The notes under the pieces: generated by a model
The model's input: only the letters and a program-made list of their open reading frames with translations
Database searches by the model: none
Told to the model about the DNA's origin: nothing
In this document: positions 56,943 through 64,000 of the stretch, in pieces
Layout: each line of letters begins with the position of its first letter
Position numbering within the stretch: position 1 is the stretch's first letter
Assembly: GCA_045534225.1 (NCBI GenBank)
Contig: JAZSJJ010000001.1
Location: 54,800 to 118,799, forward strand
Source of the DNA: Clostridia bacterium
GTDB lineage: Bacteria; Bacillota; Clostridia; TANB77; CAG-465
DNA: 64,000 bases
Direction of reading: 5' to 3'
Position numbers and translations under genes: made by a program

Positions 56943-58125
56943 AGTCTACCTCCAGTACTTCCTTTATCTTATTTATTATTCTCTTGTTCTCTCCTTCATA
57001 TGTATAGTACTTGGCGTTTTCTGTTAATTTCATCACCATTTCATCGTTAGTTAATATTTTTTTAATTCCCAAATATACACCTTCGTCTGTATTATCTACA
57101 ACTATGCCTAAATCTTTAGTTACCATCTTATTCGTATTGGCAACATTAGTTGTAATTACCGGAAGTCCTAGCACTAAGGCTTCTATTCTAACCATACCAA
57201 AAGATTCGCTTCTAGACGGCATAATATATAAATCACAATTTTTCATAAATGAATAAGGATTGTTTTCTAGTTCAGACATTGTAATTAATTCTATATTATC
57301 TTTTAAGTTATATTCTTCAATTTGTCTATTAAGTTTATCTTGCTCTTTTCCATAGCCTAAAATATATATCTTTAACTTGTCTATTTTTATATTATCTTCT
57401 TTTAACTTATTTAATGCAGTTATTATTCTGTCAAAACCTTTTTCATAGCAAAATCTCCCTAGTGTTACAACATTTAATTTATTTTTGTTAACAGCTATAT
57501 CCGATTCACATTTTGCTCTTTCTAATATACCTACTTCATCTATATAATTTTCTATAACTTCTGTTCTATCTTTTAGTCCATATATATCATTAAAAGATTT
57601 TGCTGCATCTTCAGACACAATAATATGCTTATTAAAAGCATTAAAAACGATTCTAAAGAATTTTTCGTATCTTTTGGTCATATTATATGTCTTATAATCT
57701 TCATGCACCCAATTTATCTTATATTTTGCATTACCACTTGCAACAAACACAGAACATATTCCAGCCTTAAATGCCACTTCTACGTCATATTCTTCAAGCT
57801 TCATATCTTTTCTTATCTTCGCCATGTATTTAGTTGCTTGGGCAGTCTTCATAAGAAATGATAGATATAACTTTCTTAGAGCACCAAATATATTTCCAGA
57901 TAAAAGCAACTCTTTTACCCCTATATCTACTATGTTTAATTTTTTAGGCCCATAAATAACCCTTATTTCTGGTCTTAGATTAGAAAGTCTTGTTCCGTTG
58001 TTGTGCAACACAAGAACTGTTATATCTAATCTTTTTAGATCTATTTTGTTTAATATGTTTTCTAGAACTATACTTACGCCGCCTAATTTTCTTTCATCAA
58101 CAACGAACAACACTTTTTTCTTCAT
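56932..58125 (-). CDS. Glycosyltransferase family 4
   Basis: GT-B C-terminal motif (SRSESFGMVRIEALVLGLPVITT). Confidence 0.75.
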   Translation of the reverse strand: MKKKVLFVVDERKLGGVSIVLENILNKIDLKRLDITVLVLHNNGTRLSNLRPEIRVIYGPKKLNIVDIGVKELLLSGNIFGALRKLYLSFLMKTAQATKYMAKIRKDMKLEEYDVEVAFKAGICSVFVASGNAKYKINWVHEDYKTYNMTKRYEKFFRIVFNAFNKHIIVSEDAAKSFNDIYGLKDRTEVIENYIDEVGILERAKCESDIAVNKNKLNVVTLGRFCYEKGFDRIITALNKLKEDNIKIDKLKIYILGYGKEQDKLNRQIEEYNLKDNIELITMSELENNPYSFMKNCDLYIMPSRSESFGMVRIEALVLGLPVITTNVANTNKMVTKDLGIVVDNTDEGVYLGIKKILTNDEMVMKLTENAKYYTYEGENKRIINKIKEVLEVDCEK

Positions 58126-58165
58126 ACATTTCTCCTTTCTAATCTAATATATTTTGTACAAATAT

Positions 58166-59371
58166 TTATTTAATTATCTTTATTCTTTTAAGAAATCTTC
58201 TTAAAAATCTTTCTTTAGACATGTTATTTATTAATTTGATAACATCTTTATCTTCAACTTTGTCCAATCTATTGAAGAACTTTTCTCTATTTCTGTGTTC
58301 TTTTACAGGTGCATGATGGTTATACATCAAATAGTTTAGATTTTCGTCTAGTTCATGTTTTGTTACACCTTTTAGTTTATTTATTTTATCTAGTCCTTTT
58401 TTAGTATTTGCATACACTAAAGATATTCCATTTTCTATTTTTGAAATGTTTGTTAATTTTTCCACACCCCAAAAATCTCCCATTGTTATATCTGCTACTT
58501 TATATGGTTCTGTAAATTTGCAGTCACTGCAACTTGGTCTAGATATTAATGTGCGCGAAAACGCTTTTGCGAATGTATCTTCTTCAAACTTAACGCCGTT
58601 TTCTAATTCTATAACTGGAGTTGCATTTCTCCAACCCGTTTCTTTTGCTCTAAATGTTACAGACCTAACTTTATTTCCTTTAGTTAATTCCAAACATTTA
58701 ATATATTTATTAAACACCTTTGGAGATGGGTTAGAATGACAGATTATGTTACATGTAAGCAAATTATCTGCATCTCTTTTTAGATATGTATAAAGTCCCG
58801 CTGTCATACAAGGGGTTCCTGTAAATAATACATTCATACCGGCAAGCAAATCTTTTTTCACAAGTTCATATACACCTTCTATGTTACTTCTTACATATTT
58901 AGATCCCATAAATTTCACTGCTTCTTCTAATGTTTCTGCCCTCATGTGTTTTACTTCTAACGCATCATCATATGCGGCACCGTAACACACTGAGTTTGGT
59001 TTGGTAAATAAATCTGTTATTAAAGCATAGAACACTCCGCCAGAAGTGCTTTTGTTTAATATTTCTTTATTATTGTGTACTATACCAAAAGGAGTTATTT
59101 TTCTTTTTTCGTCTTGTTTATATGTATTACTACATACCGTTAAGCATTTATTACAATGAACGCAATTGGTTTCATCTATTACAGGATATATAAATCCTTC
59201 ATTATCTTCCTTCATTGTAATACAATTTTTAGGACAAACATATACGCATGCTGTACATCCGTTGCATTCTTTTTTGTTTTTAGTTTTAAGATAAATATTC
59301 TCCAATTTATTTACTCCTTTAGCTCCAAAATGGCTTCTATTTATTATATCAAAAAAGTGGCGATATATCAA
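58166..59371 (-). CDS. Coenzyme F420 hydrogenase/dehydrogenase beta-subunit-like Fe-S protein, the kind found next to polysaccharide pyruvyl transferases
   Basis: Two 4Fe-4S ferredoxin motifs (CNGCTACVYVCP and CVHCNKCLTVC) and a FrhB-like C-terminal domain. Confidence 0.6.
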   Translation of the reverse strand: MIYRHFFDIINRSHFGAKGVNKLENIYLKTKNKKECNGCTACVYVCPKNCITMKEDNEGFIYPVIDETNCVHCNKCLTVCSNTYKQDEKRKITPFGIVHNNKEILNKSTSGGVFYALITDLFTKPNSVCYGAAYDDALEVKHMRAETLEEAVKFMGSKYVRSNIEGVYELVKKDLLAGMNVLFTGTPCMTAGLYTYLKRDADNLLTCNIICHSNPSPKVFNKYIKCLELTKGNKVRSVTFRAKETGWRNATPVIELENGVKFEEDTFAKAFSRTLISRPSCSDCKFTEPYKVADITMGDFWGVEKLTNISKIENGISLVYANTKKGLDKINKLKGVTKHELDENLNYLMYNHHAPVKEHRNREKFFNRLDKVEDKDVIKLINNMSKERFLRRFLKRIKIIK

Positions 59372-59455
59372 GGAAAGGTGGTGTTTTTTTGTTGCATCTT
59401 TTTTATTAATTTATCCACACACAAATTTATGCAAAAATGTTATAGAAAATATTAA

Positions 59456-59476
59456 AGAGGGACTTAAAATCCCTCT
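59456..59476. terminator. Hairpin (perfect 7-bp stem) between the pilin-like gene 3 and the downstream EPS genes
   Basis: agaggga-cttaaaa-tccctct. Confidence 0.45.
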
Positions 59477-59495
59477 TATATTTGTTTTATTTTAA

Positions 59496-60515
59496 TTATT
59501 TTATTAAAGAAAAATCTGTTGTTGTTCCTGCTTTAGCAAGTATTGAAGCTTTTAAGCACACAACAGGATATATACCATAAGCTTCAGTATTAGTATATGA
59601 CGACTCATGCTTTATAGCCGAATCACCCGCTACCAGCACGCCAGTATTGCTATTACCCACAGGCGAAGTTGTCCAACAATAACCACTTTTAGGTATATAT
59701 AAGCCGTCATTCATAAATCCTGATCCGTTTATATTATAACCCCATTTAGTATCACTTAAAACCGGTGTTATGCGTGGCATATAACCCTTAGCGTTCCAGC
59801 CAGCAGCTAGTAATTCTATAGGCGGACCACCTATCGCACCAACAACATTATCCCCATAGTCTGTATAATTAGCAAATGTCGAATATGTTCTTATTAAATA
59901 TGCAACTCCTCGTGCGCTATATGTATATGGATCTGTTATATCAACTTTTTCATTATTGCCTACTCTAAACACATCGTAAAGTTCTAATTCTGCCGCCGTA
60001 AGTTCGTCTGGTGAAACTCCAAGCGAATTAACGTTTCCAAAGGTGCCATAATGTCCAACCTTCTCGCCAGCTATTAAATACACATATTCTTCGTTGTGAT
60101 AATATATTCGCCAATTATTATATGTAGCGCCATTCACAGTTACCGTATAGTCTATCGTATCACCATAATTATCTGGTGTGATTAGTGAGCCTAAAGGTGT
60201 TCTATTTTTAACGCTTGAAATTGATATATTTGTGTTAGAAATACTAATATCCCAGTTAGCATCTGTTATGCCTTGTTCGTCAAGTCGTAATTTTACCTCA
60301 TTTACTAGTTCTTGATCTGTTAGTCCCTTCATATACGAATCCGCCCATATTAATGCCGCTAAATCTTGCACTTGCTTTTCATTAGTTAATTCTACCGCTT
60401 GATTAGCTCTCTCTATTATACCGGTATTACTAAGCGTTATTAATATACTCACTGATAGTATTATCATAACTATTATTGTTATTACTAATACTATTAAAGA
60501 TATTCCTTTTTTCAT
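59496..60515 (-). CDS. Pilin-like N-terminal module protein, paralogue 3 of 3, embedded in the EPS operon
   Basis: MKKGISLIVLVITIIVMIIL.. The N-terminal 65 aa are conserved with 163 and 23748. The C-terminal region is related to paralogue 2 (YVYLIA, PVVCLKA..AGT..TDF). AAGGAGAAAC RBS. Confidence 0.55.
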   Translation of the reverse strand: MKKGISLIVLVITIIVMIILSVSILITLSNTGIIERANQAVELTNEKQVQDLAALIWADSYMKGLTDQELVNEVKLRLDEQGITDANWDISISNTNISISSVKNRTPLGSLITPDNYGDTIDYTVTVNGATYNNWRIYYHNEEYVYLIAGEKVGHYGTFGNVNSLGVSPDELTAAELELYDVFRVGNNEKVDITDPYTYSARGVAYLIRTYSTFANYTDYGDNVVGAIGGPPIELLAAGWNAKGYMPRITPVLSDTKWGYNINGSGFMNDGLYIPKSGYCWTTSPVGNSNTGVLVAGDSAIKHESSYTNTEAYGIYPVVCLKASILAKAGTTTDFSLIK

Positions 60516-60572
60516 CTTCTGTTTCTCCTTAATAAAAATATAGCATTATATATTTAATATTTTTACAATACC

Positions 60573-61982
60573 TTATTCTTTTGACTTCCTATTCTTTATT
60601 ATTCTAATTATCTTTTTGAATCCGTTTTTGTTATATATAACTGTAAATGCTAATACACCTACTAACATTAATATATTTGTAACTATGTTATTTATATAGA
60701 ATGCTACAAATGTTAGTACAAACATTATAGCAAGTTTTATAAGCATTCTTATATCCATTTTGAAATTTACATATTTTTTACAATCTACCGCTCTATATAT
60801 AAACATTGCAAGATATGCAACTATTGTAGATATTGATGCTGCATAAAGCCCTATATGTTTAATTAACAATAAATTAACCACTACATTTATTATAGCAGAT
60901 ATAAATGATGTTTTCGATATATCTAAAGAACGTTTTTTAGCTATATATATAACACTTACAAGTCCTACTCCAACATTAAATAACGATGCTAACATTAAAA
61001 GCGGTATTTGATTATATGCTTCTCCAAACTTAGCATTTATTATTAATGGGAATAAGAATGGTGTTAACGCTATTACAAGAAGTGCTATGCTTCCAAATAC
61101 TTGAAATCCCGTATTTATTATATTTGTAAAGTATCTATCTCTATCTTCACTATCTATATTTACTGCAGCAGATTCTGTCCATGCTATATTAAATATATTA
61201 TATGCATTTATATATACTCCTGAAAATTTATTTGCAGCTGCATATATACCATTTGCCCCTATGCTTAATAAACTAGATATTATTGCCCTATCTGATACAT
61301 TTATTACCCACCAAGATATAGCATTTGGTATTAACGCTATAGAATATTTTAACATTGTTTTTAATGCACTAAATCTAAATCCTGTACGTTTAATGTATTT
61401 ATATGTTTTACAAGCAAAGAATAAATAAATACTTGCTAACATATTTGCTATAAAGATAGATAGGAACATTCCTTCTACTCTAAACTTTAATACAACTATT
61501 AATAAAACATTTAATATTACTGTAAAACCAGCGACTATAAAGCTACCAATAGAATATTCCTTATTCTTTCCAAGACCTCTAGCTAATTGCAACATTAATC
61601 CAGAAGACATATTTGCTATTACATTTAGCAGCAAGAAGTGCTTATATTCACTATTTATATAATTTTGTATTATGCTATATAGTCCAACATAAATTAGTGT
61701 TTGAAATATAAATAATATAGCTGTGCTTGTTATTAATTTTGTTTTACCAGTATCATCATCACGTGCATCTATAAGGAATCTAAATAATCCTTGTTCAATT
61801 TGTAATGTTACTATAGGTAATATACACGCTACTATCGTATTAAATAAATCTACTATACCGTATTCATCTGTACTAAATATAGCAGTATATAACGGTAATA
61901 GGAAAAAGCTAATAAACTGCGTACAAACCTTACCTATTGTGATAATAGCCGTATTCTTCATGAGTTGTTTTTCTTTCGACAT
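60573..61982 (-). CDS. wzx: Wzx-type polysaccharide flippase (MOP superfamily)
   Basis: 469 aa, about 12-14 TM helices and the typical N-terminus MKNTAIITIGKVCTQFISFFLLPLYT. Confidence 0.75.
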   Translation of the reverse strand: MSKEKQLMKNTAIITIGKVCTQFISFFLLPLYTAIFSTDEYGIVDLFNTIVACILPIVTLQIEQGLFRFLIDARDDDTGKTKLITSTAILFIFQTLIYVGLYSIIQNYINSEYKHFLLLNVIANMSSGLMLQLARGLGKNKEYSIGSFIVAGFTVILNVLLIVVLKFRVEGMFLSIFIANMLASIYLFFACKTYKYIKRTGFRFSALKTMLKYSIALIPNAISWWVINVSDRAIISSLLSIGANGIYAAANKFSGVYINAYNIFNIAWTESAAVNIDSEDRDRYFTNIINTGFQVFGSIALLVIALTPFLFPLIINAKFGEAYNQIPLLMLASLFNVGVGLVSVIYIAKKRSLDISKTSFISAIINVVVNLLLIKHIGLYAASISTIVAYLAMFIYRAVDCKKYVNFKMDIRMLIKLAIMFVLTFVAFYINNIVTNILMLVGVLAFTVIYNKNGFKKIIRIIKNRKSKE

Positions 61983-61999
61983 TTATATATTTACCCTTT

Positions 62000-62503
62000 C
62001 TAAATTCTTTCTTTAATTTCTTTTATTTTTTCTTCATCATGTATGTATTCTTGTCTTTCTTTTACAAAATTTTTAGAACCTCTTTTTTCAAAATCATATC
62101 TAGGTATTAGTTGTATGTGGAAGTGATTCCTAGGTCCATCACACATAGTACATAAATATACACTTTCAGAACCATATACTTCTTTTAGTATGTTCATCAT
62201 TTTCTTTGCAAAAACAAATATCTTATTACATAAATCATCTGGAATATCCATCATATCTTTATAATGTGCCTTAGAAGATATTGCGGTATGTCCCTTTGCT
62301 CTTGGATTGCCTACTAAAAAGCATTCTATTTCCTCATCTTCATATATCACTTTATCTGTGTTCTCTCCGTATAGACAATTATTATGAGTCCTATCAAAGC
62401 AAGTAGGACAAATGCCGTTATCTACTAAATCTGGCATTTTAACTTCACCTTTAATTATTAGTTCTTCTAATTCTTTATCAGATAGTCCCTTTAGCCCTTG
62501 CAT
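62000..62503 (-). CDS. HIT-superfamily protein of the GalT-like H-x-H-x-Q branch, a putative nucleotidyl transferase or phosphorylase
   Basis: HFHIQLIP motif, a CxxC near the N-terminus, and a setting inside the EPS operon. Confidence 0.5.
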   Translation of the reverse strand: MQGLKGLSDKELEELIIKGEVKMPDLVDNGICPTCFDRTHNNCLYGENTDKVIYEDEEIECFLVGNPRAKGHTAISSKAHYKDMMDIPDDLCNKIFVFAKKMMNILKEVYGSESVYLCTMCDGPRNHFHIQLIPRYDFEKRGSKNFVKERQEYIHDEEKIKEIKERI

Positions 62504-63594
62504 ACTCCACCTCTTAAATATTTTATAGACTTTTCTTTTTCAACATTTAACTTATCTTTTACTGGTGCGTATTCTATTTCTTCATCTATTTTTTTGCTTG
62601 TAACATCGTCTAATGAATTTACAGCCCTTTTCTCTAGTCCAGTAAGACTAATTAAGTCTTTTAATCGTCCACCTCTAGATTTAGGCATTACGGCATAAAA
62701 TTTTCTTTCGAATATTATACTAAATACCAAGCCGTGGAATGAGTTTGTAACAATATACTCTGCGTTCTTAAAAGCATTTATAAAATCCGCAGGCCCTTTT
62801 GTATACATAGACATCAGTTCATTTTTATATGCATTATATTTTCTAAAATGAATAACTCTAATACCAGTTTTTTGAGATAAATAATCTGCTATTTTAGTTA
62901 TTTCTGGATTTTCAAACAACGTGTATACAAGTATATATTTTGTATTATCTAACTCTACCGTTTTTTCTTTACTAACCAGTTCTTCCCACTTATCTTTTTC
63001 AAGAAGCAGTGTGGGATCAAGTACTTTCTCTACTTTTTTGCTAAGAATACTTTCTAAACCTTTTGCAATATTTTCTTCTCTTACAGATATATATTCTAAG
63101 TCTTTTAATTTATCCTTAAACTTATCTTTATTTACTTCTAAAAGTTCATCGTTTCCAACACTTGCACCATATATTATTTTATTTTCATTTTCTTTCTTTA
63201 GATTTAAGGTATATATATCTGAAAGTCCGCCTGTAAGGTCTGGATTAAATATTTGATCGCTTCCAGCAACAAGTGTGTACTCATTAGTTATATCTTTTTC
63301 TATATCTTCTTTTGTATAATATTTTTTAGTGTTTCCATCTAGATATCTACCACAAAAGCTCTTAAAACTTTTCTTCCTTTTTAAGTTCCTTGGCATATAC
63401 CATAAACTAGAGAAAAAAGATTTAAGAGAGTTAGTTCTTATTAATTTGTAATCCTTAAGAATATGCTTATCTTGATAGTTAATAAACGATGGTTCTGTGT
63501 CCATATCCTTTAGCACCTCTTTTAATGCATACGCTTGAAGATTTGCTCCATAATTTTCTGCGTTATGGAATGTTAAAATCTTTACTTTTTTCAT
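62491..63594 (-). CDS. Polysaccharide pyruvyl transferase
   Basis: MKKVKILTFHNAENYGANLQAYAL N-terminus typical of the PS_pyruv_trans family. First gene of the minus-strand EPS operon. Confidence 0.7.
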   Translation of the reverse strand: MKKVKILTFHNAENYGANLQAYALKEVLKDMDTEPSFINYQDKHILKDYKLIRTNSLKSFFSSLWYMPRNLKRKKSFKSFCGRYLDGNTKKYYTKEDIEKDITNEYTLVAGSDQIFNPDLTGGLSDIYTLNLKKENENKIIYGASVGNDELLEVNKDKFKDKLKDLEYISVREENIAKGLESILSKKVEKVLDPTLLLEKDKWEELVSKEKTVELDNTKYILVYTLFENPEITKIADYLSQKTGIRVIHFRKYNAYKNELMSMYTKGPADFINAFKNAEYIVTNSFHGLVFSIIFERKFYAVMPKSRGGRLKDLISLTGLEKRAVNSLDDVTSKKIDEEIEYAPVKDKLNVEKEKSIKYLRGGVCKG

Positions 63595-63772
63595 AAAAAT
63601 CTCCTTTTTTAATTATACCAAAATACATATGTTTTAGCAATATATTAAGTGTATTTTGCCATGTTTTATGTCTACCTATACTTGATGAATTTGCAATTAT
63701 ATATTTTTTGTGATATAATCCATTTGCGTTATACCCCAAAAATTTATTCATAATTATGAGAAAGGACAGCCT

Positions 63773-64000
63773 ATGAAGTATGTAGTAGGAAAAATCGGTA
63801 GCATGTTAGGTGATGAATTCCGAGTTCGTTACACTAATCCCAAACCAATCGAAGCCAATTCCGAAAGCGAAGCAATTGACTTCTACAACAAAAATTATCT
63901 TCTCTCATCTGATGGTCGCCCCAAATTTTCGCTGAAGGCAGCAATGGAATTTTCAAGATGCATAGGTTATATGGATGATGACGGCAGATTGCTCATCCCC
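63773..64000 (+). CDS. Hypothetical protein, 5' part only (it continues beyond the window); GC-elevated (about 42%)
   Basis: GAAAGGA RBS and a GATATAAT -10 upstream. No family recognised. Confidence 0.35.
   Translation, partial: MKYVVGKIGSMLGDEFRVRYTNPKPIEANSESEAIDFYNKNYLLSSDGRPKFSLKAAMEFSRCIGYMDDDGRLLIP

Noticed and set aside
1-64000. CRISPR arrays, rRNA genes, and transposase or IS elements
   Set aside because: No regularly spaced direct repeats with unique spacers were found. The AC tract and AT-rich TATATA runs are simple repeats. There are no rRNA-like GC-rich conserved blocks. The only recombinase is the Xer-like tyrosine recombinase, and there is no DDE transposase or terminal inverted repeat pair.

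Overview
This window looks like chromosomal DNA from a very AT-rich (roughly 27-28% GC by eye) Clostridium-like Firmicute; genes run at about one per kb. Most of it is recognisable housekeeping. On the + strand: rimO, rho, tRNA-Trp, rnj, gltX-ileS, a cysteine desulfurase and tig-clpP-clpX. On the - strand: polA, hemW, prmC, rpmE, tsaD and yebC. These are interspersed with accessory blocks. One is a split cyclic beta-1,2-glucan-synthase-like gene pair (GT84 plus GH94). There are two glycosyltransferase clusters: one carries a fused GT2-GT4 protein, the other is a Wzx/Wzy-type exopolysaccharide locus with a split Alg13/Alg14 transferase, a pyruvyl transferase and an F420-dehydrogenase-like Fe-S protein. 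The window also holds an ABC-2 transporter followed by a ParE/RelE-type toxin-antitoxin pair. The most unusual signals are four. First, three diverged paralogues share a conserved pilin-like (class-III signal peptide-like) N-terminal module of about 65 aa but carry different C-terminal domains; one sits behind an (AC)9 repeat, one is a cassette flanked by identical 31-bp terminator repeats, and one is embedded in the EPS operon. Second, the conserved tig-clpP-clpX block is followed not by lon but by an accessory segment of about 6 kb: two GC-rich paralogous small proteins, a YneA-like TM-LysM protein behind a consensus promoter carrying LexA-box-like dyads, a membrane protein, a Xer-like tyrosine recombinase, a divergent pair of unknowns and a membrane-anchored SNase. 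Third, a scatter of small ORFs (about 38-45% GC against about 27%) sits in intergenic gaps. Fourth, there is a WhiA-like protein lacking its first LAGLIDADG domain. No rRNA, CRISPR array or transposase was found.
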